This document shows, one piece after another, positions 25,596 through 38,017 of a DNA stretch of 64,000 nucleotides. This stretch comes from Octopus sinensis (taxonomy: Eukaryota), in NCBI RefSeq assembly GCF_006345805.1, contig NC_043001.1, forward strand, positions 117,490,001 through 117,554,000, in the 5' to 3' direction. The position numbers and the translations under genes were made by a program. The notes under the pieces were generated by a model, which saw only the letters and a list, made by a program, of their open reading frames with translations, had not been told where the DNA came from and made no database searches. Within the stretch, counting starts at the first letter, position 1; each line of letters opens with the position of its first letter.

Positions 25596-25627
<32 letters not shown>

Positions 25628-25628
25628 A

Positions 25629-26054
25629 GGATGGGCCACAGCAAATATTCTGCTCAATACCACAGATTTACTTATGAGTTCTTTGACCTTAACCAGTTGA
25701 GCATGGCCCTTGGTGGCTGATGATATTTGCATCTCTGATCTCGAGTAGAAGTAGTGGGTGAGCATCATAGCCATGTGTCGAGAGGAATGTTTGTTTAGTT
25801 TGAATAATTGACTTCTGGAAACATGGGTATTTCGTTCATCATCCTTAAACAACCCTTATTCAAGCACCTTTTGTGCGGAATAGGCTACTCGACGTGAAGA
25901 AAATTTTAACTGGGCCCCACCTACAAGGTCATGCGCTGTTTATTTTGGTTCGTGCACATATAGTTGAGATGCATGTGTCTGTCATGATGGGTATACTGGG
26001 CTTCGTATATTTTACCCCAGTGTCACTTTTATGTCATGCACTGCTCTCTCACTC
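25629..26054 (+). mobile_element. Second, 5'-truncated and internally deleted copy of the (AAT)-tailed repeat
   Basis: Aligns to 25136-25595 with deletions. Confidence 0.75.
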
Positions 26055-26109
<55 letters not shown>

Positions 26110-26191
26110 TAATAATAATAATAACAACAACAACAACAACAACATCGAAAAATACCTTAGGAATAGAAACCCAGGTTCGAAATTTCCTGAA

Positions 26192-26237
26192 GACACCTGA
26201 TGAAGGCTGGAGGGTATAACAGCCGTAACGTTGTGTT
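26192..26237 (+). ncRNA. Minimal type I hammerhead ribozyme, probably inactivated (GAAA>GTAA)
   Basis: GACAC-CTGATGA-A-GGCTG(10 nt)CAGCC-GTAA-CG-TT-GTGTT; stem III region is the palindrome AACGTT. Confidence 0.7.
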
Positions 26238-26427
26238 AACAACAAACAAGATGACCACATTAATTGTTATCGCCATATTAATATGGCATACTTATAGATA
26301 TAAGAATAATCGCTGCCGCTGGTCAGCTCCATGAGGCCACCGCCTTAAGATAGCTATTGATACAAATCTGTATCCATTATAACCTTCGAACAAAGGAGGT
26401 CAGCCGCTTCACACTGCCAGTCCGACA

Positions 26428-26469
26428 GCTACAGACGCGTTTCGGGGTATTGCCCCTTGTCAATGTAGC
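26428..26469 (-). ncRNA. Mirror copy of the minimal hammerhead on the minus strand
   Basis: Exact reverse complement of 26574-26615. Confidence 0.75.
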
Positions 26470-26573
26470 GCAGTCAGACCCCGCAGGTGTCGCCACTGAC
26501 GTCTCTGTTCGAATAGGTAAATATAAGCCTTCGAACAGAGACGTCAGTGGCGACACCTGCGGGGTCTGACTGC

Positions 26574-26615
26574 GCTACATTGACAAGGGGCAATACCCCG
26601 AAACGCGTCTGTAGC
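26574..26615 (+). ncRNA. Minimal type I hammerhead ribozyme, U3:A8 core variant, PLE-type
   Basis: GCTACA-TTGACAA-GGGG(CAATA)CCCC-GAAA-CGCG-TC-TGTAGC: 6-bp stem I, 4-bp stem II, palindromic ACGCGT stem III, GUC triplet. Confidence 0.75.
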
Positions 26616-26914
26616 TGTCGGACTGGCAGTGTGAAGCGGCTGACCTCCCTTGTTCGAAGGTTATAATGGATACAGATCGTGTATCAATAGCTATCTTAAG
26701 GCGGTGGCCTCATGGAGCTGACCAGCGGCAGCGATTATTCTTATATCTATAAGAATGCCATATTAATATGGCGATAACAATTAATTTCCAGTAAACGCTG
26801 TCGTAATCTCTTTTATAGAGACTTAGTAATTTTAATATTTCTATTAAGATGACGACAAATATCCGTCTAATGTAAATAATGTACATAATTCCTCATCTCT
26901 TAAATATAGAACTG

Positions 26915-27032
<118 letters not shown>

Positions 27033-27067
27033 GAAAGGATTGAAGTACGCCTCCTGAAGATATAGAG

Positions 27068-27304
27068 TCAAAATTAAATGAAGAGTGCCATTGTTATCTA
27101 GTGAACGATATCTCGACATCTTGTGTGTCTTCAACTGGTTTAGAAAATAAATTTGTCAATCTACTTCATTTTGGTTAATATATTTTGGTTCTATATTAAC
27201 CAAAATGAAGTAATTGACAAATTTATTTTCTGAACCAGTTGAAGACACAGAAGATGTCGAATATCGTTCACTAGATAACAATGGCACTCTTCATTTAATT
27301 TTGA
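27068..27304. repeat. 237-bp near-perfect palindrome (115/113-bp arms, 9-nt loop)
   Basis: Left arm 27068-27182, loop TTTTGGTTC, right arm 27192-27304. Confidence 0.95.
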
Positions 27305-27356
27305 TTTTAATTTTAATTTTAATAATGATGATCATCATCATGATCATGATGATGGT

Positions 27357-27851
27357 AGTGTTATCATGTACATTGTTTTGTCTTGGTATAAAAGATGGGC
27401 TACAGCAAATATTCTGCTCAATACCATAGATTTGCTTGTCAGTTGTTTGACCTTAACCAGTTGACAATGTTCCTTAGTGGCTGACGATATGTGCAACTCT
27501 GATCATGAGCAGAAGTAGTGGAGGAGCATCATAGCCGTGTGTTGAAAGGAATTCTTAGAGGTTTGAATAATTCACCTTTGGAAACATAAGTGGTTCGTTC
27601 AACATCCTTAAACTATCGTTATTCAGGGACCTTTTGAGCGGGATGGGCTACTCGACCTGAAGAAAATTCTAACTGGGCCCCACCTGCAAGGTCATGCGCT
27701 GTTTATCTTGATATGAGATCATCATGTCGGGCACATATGGTTGTGATGCATGTGCTTGGTGTACCCTTATCAGACGGGTAGTCATGATGGTGTACTGGGC
27801 TTCGTATATTTTACCCCAGTGTCACTGATGGCATGCACCGCTTTCTCACTC
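27357..27851 (+). mobile_element. Third copy of the (AAT)-tailed repeat
   Basis: Aligns to 25099-25595. Confidence 0.75.
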
Positions 27852-27925
<74 letters not shown>

Positions 27926-28048
27926 TAATAATAATAATAAAATAATAATAATAATAATAATAATAATTATTATTATTATTATTATTATTATATTATTATT
28001 ATTATTATATATAGAAAGGATTGAAGTACGCCTCCTGAAGATATAGAG

Positions 28049-28285
28049 TCAAAATAAATGAAGAGTGCCATTGTTATCTAGTGAACGATATCTCGACATC
28101 TTGTGTGTCTTCAACTGGTTTAGAAAATAAATTTGTCAATCTACTTCATTTTGGTTAATATATTTTGGTTCTATATTAACCAAAATGAAGTAAATTGACA
28201 AATTTATTTTCTGAACCAGTTGAAGACACAGAAGATGTCGAATATCGTTCACTAGATAACAATGGCACTCTTCATTTAATTTTGA
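28049..28285. repeat. Second copy of the 237-bp palindrome
   Basis: Part of the 981-bp tandem duplication. Confidence 0.95.
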
Positions 28286-28338
28286 TTTTAATTTTAATTT
28301 TAATAATGATGATCATCATCATGATCATGATGATTGGT

Positions 28339-28834
28339 AGTGTTATCATGTACATTGTTTTGTCTTGGTATAAAAGATGGGCTACAGCAAATATTCTGCT
28401 CAATACCATAGATTTGCTTGTCAGTTGTTTGACCTTAACCAGTTGACAATGTTCCTTAGTGGCTGACGATATGTGCAACTCTGATCATGAGCAGAAGTAG
28501 TGGAGGAGCATCATAGCCGTGTGTTGAAAGGAATTCTTAGAGGTTTGAATAATTCACCTTTGGAAACATAAGTGGTTCGTTCAACATCCTTAAACTATCG
28601 TTATTCAGGGACCTTTTGAGCGGGATGGGCTACTCGACCTGAAGAAAATTCTAACTGGGCCCCACCTGCAAGGTCATGCGCTGTTTATCTTGATATGAGA
28701 TCATCATGTCGGGCACATATGGTTGTGATGCATGTGCTTGGTGTACCCTTATCAGACGGGTAGTCATGATGGGTGTACTGGGCTTCGTATATTTTACCCC
28801 AGTGTCACTGATGGCATGCACCGCTTTCTCACTC
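28339..28834 (+). mobile_element. Fourth copy of the (AAT)-tailed repeat (duplicate of 27357-27851)
   Basis: Near identical to copy three. Confidence 0.75.
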
Positions 28835-28877
<43 letters not shown>

Positions 28878-28891
28878 TAATAATAATAATA

Positions 28892-28929
<38 letters not shown>

Positions 28930-29009
28930 GTAATAAATAAATAAATAAATAACAATAATAATAATCCTTTCTTATTTTGTCATAGGGCCTGCAAATTTAG
29001 TGGGTAAGG

Positions 29010-29172
29010 AAATCAGTTACATCGACCCCAGCACTCAAGCGGTACCCATTTCATCGGCTCCGAAAGGATGAAAGACAAAGGTGTCCTCGGCAGGATTTGA
29101 ACTCAGAAAGTGAAGAACCGGGGTAAATACCGCAAGAAATTCTATCCGACACTTTAACCATTGAGCCAATCA
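29010..29172 (-). mobile_element. SINE (family of 14102-14481), diverged
   Basis: 'catcgaccccagcactcaagcggtaccc...gaaaggatgaaagacaaagg...atttgaactcagaa'. Confidence 0.75.
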
Positions 29173-29549
29173 ATGATATTCATATTTTTGCATTCAAAGA
29201 CCTCTCGCGTCGCCATAAAAAAAAAAGACTCATATCAGAACATCAAATCTGGAATATACACTTATCCTTTAATCTCAGAGTGGCTCCAGATGTGCCCATG
29301 CTGGGACATAGTTCTTGTGTCAATACTCTAATTATTTCTGCTTCGAATGTATCAATGTATTCGTTTTTTTAAGTTAGAAGAGCTTTTTTTTTAAGTCAGA
29401 AGAGCTTTTTTTTTCAACTTTTTTCCTGTTTTCACGAAGTGTACACCTCAATGACTGAACAGGTAACGACATTTTCATTTTGTTTTTATAACTGAATCAA
29501 GGAGGCTACCACACTCTTTATCTTTATGTAAGGGAGAACCATGACAATC

Positions 29550-30290
29550 ACCACCACCCACAACACCACTACCACCACCACCACCACCACCACCACCACC
29601 ACCACCACCAGCACCGCAATCACTAACATCATCATCATCACTGTCGTCGTCGTAGTCCTCCTCTTCCTTCCCCCTTCTTCTCCTCCTCCTCCTCTTCATC
29701 ATCATCGCCTTCCACCTCCATCATCGTACAATCATCGCCCCATTCTCTTCCATGTCCCAGGCATTGTCGTTGTTGCTATTGTTATGGCTAATACTGCAGT
29801 TGGAATTGTAAAATGTTTTATTAGTTGTTGTTGTTGCTGTTGTTGTTGCAAACATTATCATCATCGTCCTTACCACAAACAGCACATCATCCCACTACCA
29901 CCACCACCACCACCACCACCACGACCAGTCATCATCATCATTATCATCATCGCCGTAGTCATTAGAATCACAATAATCTACATTATCGTCATAGTTATCA
30001 TCATCATCACTATCATCGCCATAGTCATAAGAATCATCATCATTATCGTCGTCGTCGTCGTTTTCATTATCATCACCATCATCACCATCACCATCATCAC
30101 CATCATCACCATCATCACCATCACCATCACCATCATCATCACCATCATCACCATCATCACCATCACCATCATCATCACCATCATCACCATCACCATCACC
30201 ATCACCATCATTATCATCACCATCACCATCATCACCATCATCATCACCATCATCATCATCATCGTCGTCGTCGTCGTCATCATGCATATA
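29550..30290. repeat. (CAC)n/(CAT)n/(CATCAC) trinucleotide low-complexity region
   Basis: Direct reading. Confidence 0.9.
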
Positions 30291-30426
30291 TGAACGCATG
30301 ACATTTCTACCGCTTCTCTCTCGCCTCTTCGATTCTGTCTCTATATTCCACAGATTCCCTTCTTTCCTCCACAACCCCAAATCCATTTGTTCTCGTCTCT
30401 CTCTTCTCCCTCCCCTCTTCTCCCTC

Positions 30427-30458
<32 letters not shown>

Positions 30459-30840
30459 ATCCTCTCCTTTCTCGTTCTCTTTCAAGTACCTGCTTTATTA
30501 CGTTTTTTTCCTCTTCTTTCTTTCCTATCCGTTATTCCCCTCTTCCACTTCACCAATCTCCATGTCTAATTAGTGCACATAGAAACTAATGCAGTTCGGC
30601 CACAGTTGGAAATGTTCAGCAGCTAATTTCCTACTTCCAACACACCAAACCCTCCTTACACATTGACCTTACACAGTTGCCTTACTCAAGCACGCTTCCT
30701 TTTTATATATATATATATTATTTTATCTATTCACGTATTTTCTTTTATAATCATCATCATCATCATCATCGATATTATTATTATTATTGTCATTATTATT
30801 ATTATTATTATTATCATTATTATTATTATTATTATTATCA

Positions 30841-30899
<59 letters not shown>

Positions 30900-31207
30900 C
30901 CTGAAACGACAGTCGTTCACAAAGCCTCTTCTCCCTTTCCGTTGATAATATTCATTGTGGGATTGATATGTACACTAGGAGCTTACGTTCCACTTTCGCA
31001 TACATACACACACACAAGCACACACATGAACACACGCAGACGCACGTGACCAGGTATGCATGGAAACATTCATATATTCATACGTTCAGATATACATGCG
31101 CACGCACACACACACATACACACATACAGACACGCGCGCGCGCGCACGAACACACACACATGCGCACACGTCCAATAAAGTATCTATATGTACATGCACG
31201 CATATAT

Positions 31208-31253
<46 letters not shown>

Positions 31254-31351
31254 TAGATAGATAGACAGACAGACAGATAAATAGATAGATACATACATAT
31301 GTATATACATACGCGTATGCATGTATATATATGTGCGTGTGTGTATGTGTA

Positions 31352-31401
<50 letters not shown>

Positions 31402-31503
31402 GGTACACACATACATGCATTACATAAATATATGAATATATATACATACACACATACGTGCGCACACACACGCACATATACACATACACATTTTTGGCAT
31501 ATG

Positions 31504-31558
<55 letters not shown>

Positions 31559-31989
31559 CATACATATATATATATTATATATATATATATATATATACAG
31601 GGACACAGACATACACTCACATACAAACACAAACGCAACCACACAAGCATATGTTACGTACGCATATATAAGCATATGCGGGTGTGTTATGGAGTGTATG
31701 TGTGTGCGTGTACGTGAGCCTGTGCGCGCGCACAGACTTTATACGATCGCTGTAGAGATAAATTCTCGACAGAACTTCATCCACGCCCCAGCTTCGTTTT
31801 CTCTTTTAATTTTTGGTTTTTGCTTCACCTGTGCTACCAATACAATTGGTATAGGTATGAACATCTCCGATGACTTTTTAACACGTCTTTTGAGTAATTA
31901 AGGCTAATAATCCTTACATAAATGCCACTGATTAGGAATGTGATAAATATGTATGTATGCATCTGGCTACCAAATATATATATATATAT

Positions 31990-32055
<66 letters not shown>

Positions 32056-32706
32056 TATATATATAATATATATATATATACGTGTGTGTATGTATGTATG
32101 TATGTATATAGCCATTTTCAACGGTGAAAATTAAGAGAAGTTATTCAGAGGAAACGAGTTTCCTTTTTTATTTCTTGTCTAACTAAAATTTATGCTTCTT
32201 GGAAGAATCATGCATACAGTTGGCACACATGCACGCGTAAGTACACACACATACGCACACACACACACGCGGGCGCGCACACACACACACAAACACATAC
32301 GCACATATATACACATATATACATGTGTGCGTGTTTATACACACACGCACGTATGTGCATACACGTTATAGTTATATAATTGAGAGGGAAAGTGCTCAAT
32401 GCATACAGTGGAGCTGAATAATATATGCTTACATAACAACAGCCAGTAATATGTAGATGTATCATGATGAGAAGACAGAGTAAATATTCTGATTTCTACA
32501 AACCATAGAAATATCGCTTCTCTTTAGTCATATCTCTCTCTTCCTCTCTTCTCTTTACACAAATAAAATCTATCTATTAGTCTTTTGTCGAATCTTAATA
32601 AATAAATTTTGATAATTTCAGTAAATTATATTTGTTTATATTAGAGAGATTGTTATTGTTATTAGTGCTGTTGTCGGCTTTGTTGTCGTTATCGCCTTTG
32701 TCGTCG

Positions 32707-32750
32707 TTTAGCTCCAGGTCAGCTGTGATTAAGCAGACCTATGATCAAAC
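32707..32750 (-). mobile_element. Fragment of an (AAC)n-tailed SINE-like repeat (related pieces near 61090, 62280-62460, 62810)
   Basis: Reverse complement TTTGATCATAGGTCTGCTTAATCACAGCTGACCTGGAGCTAAA adjoins a decayed (GTT) tract; the + strand relatives end ...CTAAAG/CTACAC-AACAAC. Confidence 0.4.
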
Positions 32751-33049
32751 TGTGACACGCAACATTTCAATTAGGCCATTGGTTCATTTTCTATGGGAAA
32801 TTAAGATGTTCCTGTCACTTCTCAAATAGCAACCGTTATTCCTGGAATAAGAGGAAACAGTGGTGGATATCGTGACATTGTTTTGCGTTAAACATGATCT
32901 CGGTTTGCAGTGAATTAGCCAACTAAATCAAGATTGTCATCTTTGTTCTTTTGTTCCCAAGGGGAGAGAAAGCTTGAGACATGACACTCATGGATGGGGA
33001 AAATAACAACAACAGAATAAATAAATAAATAAATGAATTACTCAGATGA

Positions 33050-33650
33050 ACAATCATTGATGCAGGACGATGACTCAAATCAATGATTGCGAAATACTTC
33101 GTTTGGGTGAAAGATTTTCAGAAGAGTTAATTGTTGACAACTATTGCAAATCTGAAGCGTGGCGGCTCCTATAGGTTAAAAGCCTATCAGCATGCTACAA
33201 TATGATACAAAAGGAGCAGTATGTTACAAAAGTTTGAGTATCAAATACCAAGTGACGACCCAAATAGTTGTATTGGTGGCTATGTTGAGCTTTCATATTC
33301 TTTTACTTGTGAATACAGGTTTTACAAAAAAGTAAGAAATTCCATGTTATCGATTCTATGAGAGAAGACATTATCAATATTTTTATGGTAGATGCAGTGA
33401 TTTAAAATAGTATTGATAATCTGAACACAAAGATAATCTGAACAATTATCTAAAGAGACTCCTAAACAACGTAGCAGTGGAAGCATTGGGGGAGTATCCA
33501 CTTCCATATTTTGATCTTGAGAGAAGGATACGTTGTAATGCTATTGTTAAATTTTGATAAGGATAACAGACTTTGCAATGGAAGAAGACTCCAAATAACC
33601 CATTTACACGAGAACATTATTGAAGGTAGCATTACACAACAATAGGCAGT
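33050..33650 (+). mobile_element. Helitron PIF1-like helicase remnant
   Basis: From 33517: LREGYVVMLLLNFDKDNRLCNGRRLQITHLHENIIEGSI, matching the PIF1/Helitron LKVG.PVMLLRN...LCNGTRL.V..L..NVIEA segment. Upstream boundary uncertain. Confidence 0.65.
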
Positions 33651-33963
33651 GGAAATCCAGCTTCCTCAAGGTACCAAAATTTGATTTCAGGTTTGTGTTA
33701 GGAAGTGGAAAAAATTTTAGCATTGAGAACATCAAAAATCATTCTTAGTAGTCGTTTGATGTAGCTGCACTGACAGGCAACAATCATCTTCAATATCCTC
33801 TCAAACAATCTAGACCAAGTACGTAAACGTCTCCTCATCGGTATGACAGCTATGATTCTGAAGAAAAGGATAATGGATGATACATCTAACCATCACCCTA
33901 GCTCCTATAAACCAGTAATCTATAAGCTGCTTTCCGAAATACTCTTCAACAGGATAATTTGAA

Positions 33964-34011
<48 letters not shown>

Positions 34012-34049
34012 GTGATTCCTGTAGAGTAGAAGTGGAAGTATGTATACCG

Positions 34050-34570
34050 AAGTATTACACGACAACCAGTCAGCTCTTTGCTAATTCTGATTGTTACCAA
34101 AATACAAATACGAATAAAAGAACCTGCCATATACCTAGCTCAACTAAAAGAGGTTTTCAATTCTATCCAATTGAACAAAATTATCATAACGCTGGAATTA
34201 GATCAATTTGAAGACACTGTAGGAATCTTCATTAAAATATCAATAAAAAAAAAAGAGAGCTGGCAATTCTTGTGGTCACCAACAATACGATTAATATAGA
34301 TGCCAGCCTCAGAAGTTTCTAGTAGGATATTCCAAGAGTCACTACTTCTGGAATATTTTCTTTGCTTAGAGGCTTGTTGCCTTTATGCTGGCAAACAAAA
34401 GCTAATTTGAATTTTACGTTAGAAGCAGGACTAAGCTTACTTGTCGCATCTTCTTCATAGATGACCTACAAGTGTCTGCTGCAAATGCTCTCCATCTTCA
34501 GAGTCTTTTCAGTATGGTTAAGAAGTTTAGAAAGTTTCTAACATTTTTCCAGTCCTTTGAAGAATTATAT
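34050..34570 (+). mobile_element. Highly decayed R4/Dong-type RT fragment
   Basis: RIFQESLL (GIFQGDSLSP-like) and IFFIDDLQVSAANALHLQSLFSMVKKF (FIDD RT motif). Confidence 0.55.
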
Positions 34571-34589
34571 ACACGTACGCCCTCCACAC

Positions 34590-34594
34590 ACATG

Positions 34595-34625
<31 letters not shown>

Positions 34626-34667
34626 TGTATGTATGTATGTATGTATGTATGTATGTATGTATGTATG

Positions 34668-34699
<32 letters not shown>

Positions 34700-34975
34700 T
34701 GTATGTATGTATGTATGTATGCATGTATGTATGTATGTATGTATGTATGTATGTATGTATGTATGTATGTATGTATGTATGATGTATGTATGTATGTATA
34801 TGTATGTGTATGTATGTATGTATGTATGTATGCATGCATGTATGTATGTATGTATGTATGTATGTATGTATGTATGTATGTATGTATGTATGTATGTATG
34901 ATGTATGTATGTATGTATGTATATGTGTGTATGTATGTATGTATGTATGTATGTATATGTATGCATGCATGTATA
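34590..34975. repeat. (TATG)n microsatellite
   Basis: Direct reading. Confidence 0.95.
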
Positions 34976-34984
34976 AGATAAAGA

Positions 34985-35560
34985 ATTAAAATGAAGCCTT
35001 TTATCTATCTGGGAAGTTTGCCATCTAATGACGCAAGTTTTGGTCACAACACAAAATCAGATTAAAGACAAAGATGTCCATCTACAAAACGAATATGCTC
35101 TCAAGATTTTTTTCTCTGACTGTGAACCTTGTAATGATTTACAAGCACAAGTTAAGATGCTCGAACGGTTTCACCAACTCTGAGTCATATATTCAATGTG
35201 AAGTCGACCGCACCGATCCCGAATACCGAAGTTGTAGAGAAATCTCAAATGACTGACAATGAAGCCATCATCGTTCGGTAGGTTTAAAGGTGGAGCGGAC
35301 ATTTTAATCGAACGAGGAAGGCTAGAATTACAAAGCAACTACTTTATAAGGAATTGAAACCCAAACAGCGGTGTGAAGACCTTGAAATAAACCTGAGAAA
35401 ATATGCTTTTTCTATTGCGAACTGGGAATAACAAACTTCTGACAGAACAAAATGGACGAAAACAATCTTTGATGGTGTAGCATTATTTGAGAGGGAAATA
35501 ATTCAGCATGCCTCATACAAAAGAGCAATTCGAAAGAAGAAATAAGCAGCAATATCAAAA
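34985..35560 (+). mobile_element. RTE-clade LINE 3' coding fragment, decayed
   Basis: FWSQHKIRLKTKMSIYK..., MLERFHQ, IPNTEVVE, RWSGH, KQLLYKEL, DRTKW. Confidence 0.7.
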
Positions 35561-35839
35561 GCGGTGGGCAGAAGTAATGAATGTGAAATATGTGGAAGAA
35601 GGGTTTACTGAGTATCTTACTTATCCTTCCTGGGTCCGCGCTCAGTGAGTCATTCCCTTGGAACAATGGTCCTATTTTATATTGGATTGTGGCTGTTTCC
35701 TTTGTGAATTAATAGAAAGCTTTGAGATTTGTTTTTATGCTTTTCATAGCTCACTTCTCCCTCACGGCTCGTTCCCTTTCGGGAGATAGTTTGACCTTGT
35801 TTCCGATTTCTAGGAGTGTCCGTATTAAGATAGACTATC

Positions 35840-35974
35840 CCTGGGTAACTTCAGCCTCCCACTTGTTAAATGGCCAGAAGGCCACATCCTTTCTGGAATG
35901 TCTCTGCATGAACAAAAGCATGTAGAGTCGTTACTTGAACTTACTAATATGCTGTTCATGGAGCAAGTGATAAT
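35840..35974 (+). mobile_element. CR1-type APE fragment (inverted partner of 36401-36517)
   Basis: LGNFSLPLVKWPEGHILSGMSLHEQKHVESLLE. Confidence 0.6.
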
Positions 35975-35975
35975 T

Positions 35976-36520
35976 CTTCAGTTGCTTATTCAGCCACTTT
36001 GAGACCTTTGACCTGCGTCTCATAAGGAATTTTCTGACCCTGGGAATCTTGTTTGTCAGTATGCTGGCCTTTCTTTCTGGGGTATATTTAGTGCATATAA
36101 CTTACACTATTGACATAAACTGGCTGATTTTCAAGTCAATGTCTTGCATACATAGAATGCTAGACTACTTTCGTTTGTGGATCTCTTTGTAGATTGATTC
36201 CTATTTTGCTTTATAGAAACCAGGTTGGAAAAGGCTTGATTCCCACAGACAGGGTAGATACCAGCAGTTCACTCAGGACCTTACATAGTTCAACAATGTT
36301 GTGATCTGAGAGTGCTGTTGGTGTCACCTTCATATTATGAGTAAGGTCCACATTATATGTGAAGCAGAGGTCCAATATGTTATTCCCCCTGGTTGGCCTG
36401 ATTATCACTTGCTCCATGAACAGCATATTAGTAAGTTCAAGTAACGACTCTACATGCTTTTATTCATGCAGTGACATCCCAGAAAGGATGTGGCCTTCTG
36501 GCCATTTAACATGTGGGGGT
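35976..36520 (-). mobile_element. CR1-type LINE fragment (APE C-terminus + linker)
   Basis: HVKWPEGHI...EQVIIRPTRGNNILDLCFT...SDHNIVE (ORF 36211-36426) then KIPRVRKFLMRRR. Confidence 0.75.
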
Positions 36521-36554
36521 TTTAAATATTTTCAAGATTCATTGGTCCCACTCC

Positions 36555-37047
36555 CAAACTTTACGGTCGTTATATTGATGACTGTATCGGTGCGACCTCA
36601 CTCTCCCGCGAACAACACGACTCCTTCCTCTCTTTTCTCCAATCCTTCCATCGTGCCCTCGAATTCCGCACTATTTCCAACACTTCCGTCGCCTTTCTCG
36701 ATATTTCAGTCAACATACACAACTCCGCTCTCACTACCTCCATCCACAACAAACACATCGAGTCACACTCATACCTCAACTTCTCCTCTCACCCTACCCA
36801 CACCAAGCTCTCCATCCCCTACTCCCAATTCCTCTGTCTTCACAGGCTCTGCAGTGATAACCATGACTTTGAGACTCGATCTCAATTCATGGCTCGCCAC
36901 TCTCATCCTTCGTTGATATCCCCACACCACTATCCATACAGCCCTTGCCAGAGTACATTCCGTGGACCGTGCTTCTGCTCGCTCTTCCCACACCCTCCCC
37001 GCCGTTGCTCGTCCTCCGTTTCCCCTCAACTATCACCCCTCCACCTT
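36555..37047 (+). mobile_element. Penelope-like RT fragment
   Basis: YGRYIDDCIGA...VAFLDISV...SHSYLNFSSHP...SIPYSQFLCLHRLCS...NYHP. Confidence 0.85.
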
Positions 37048-37471
37048 GACGGTCGATAATCGACGGTAAGATGAGCTGTTATGGAACACACAATCCCAAA
37101 GTGTGTATGCATGTGACCAGGGACCACACGTGAACTGGTATTCCCGCTAAAACTCCGAACATGAACTCTACATCTCAGCAGCGAGTGACGACCACAGGTA
37201 GGGCGTCGGCGATGTCCGACCCGCCTGCTCTTCCAGTTGGACATTTGTCAAATTTACAAGCTGGATATTTGGGCCGCAGGCAGAAACATTACTTTGCCTA
37301 CTAGAATGTTAGAGCCGACAGTCGGATTGGTCAGCATTCGTGAGGGATGATCTCGTTGGTCGGAACCGACTCAACCCACCCCAAGTGAACGCCATCGCAA
37401 GTACAAGTAAATACAAGTATACCAAGACACTGAACTGTACATGTCACTGCCTGCTGGAGCCTAGTGGCAGG

Positions 37472-37506
37472 TATTTAAAGGGAGAAATTTGACAAGACAG
37501 TCAGTC
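37472..37506 (+). promoter_or_regulatory. Candidate TATA-Inr pair
   Basis: TATTTAAA at 37472-37479 and TCAGTC at 37501-37506 (A at 31 nt from the TATA start); inside a higher-GC island 37050-37750. Confidence 0.35.
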
Positions 37507-37845
37507 ACCGGCTGACACTCGCTGACGATACATCGAAGAGGCCAGGGAATAGAAGAAAGAAGAAAGAAGACATGCACCCAACACCAGAGCTGAAGACACC
37601 TCCGAAAGGGGAAGAGGGGGCCGCCACGTCAAAATGGTAGAGGAGTAGGGGCCGAAACCGGACGTGGTCCCTCCTGATGATGTCTTGAGCTAACTGGATC
37701 CTATAAAGGAGCTGTTGTGGTAGCAGACCATGAAACACGGTTGTAATTCCTACTTCCACTTCTCTTCACAATTATAACATTACACTATAATTAATATTAC
37801 ACTAAACTATACAACACAGCACTATATTATTTCACAACACTATTA

Positions 37846-38017
37846 GGTGGCGAGCTGGCTGAATCGTTATCACGCCGAATAAAATGATTAGCAGCATTTG
37901 ACTTTGCCTTTCATCCTTTCGAGGTCGATAAAGTAAAGTACCAGTTGAGCATTGGGGTCGAAGTCGATTACTTCGACCCTTCCCCACAAACTTTTGGCCT
38001 TGTTCCAAAATTTGGAA
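37846..38017 (+). mobile_element. SINE (family of 14102-14481), monomer
   Basis: GGTGGCGAGCTGGCTGAATCGTTA...GACTTTGCCTTTCATCCTTTCGAGGTCGATAAA...GTACCAGTTGAGCATTGGGGTCGA. Confidence 0.8.

Larger units (their letters stand above)
26259..26785. repeat. 527-bp near-perfect palindrome (255/256-bp arms, 16-nt loop)
   Basis: Left arm 26259-26513, loop TAGGTAAATATAAGCC, right arm 26530-26785; about 4 differences seen. Confidence 0.97.

Noticed and set aside
26256-26845. hAT-type MITE explanation for the large palindrome (8-bp duplication)
   Set aside because: The insert is asymmetric (60-nt tail outside the right arm), so the inverted repeats are not terminal, and the arms contain a PLE-type hammerhead. 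Not fully excluded.
37598-37625. CTGAAGA...GAAA as a hammerhead
   Set aside because: No stem II can form between the core motifs and there is no stem I.
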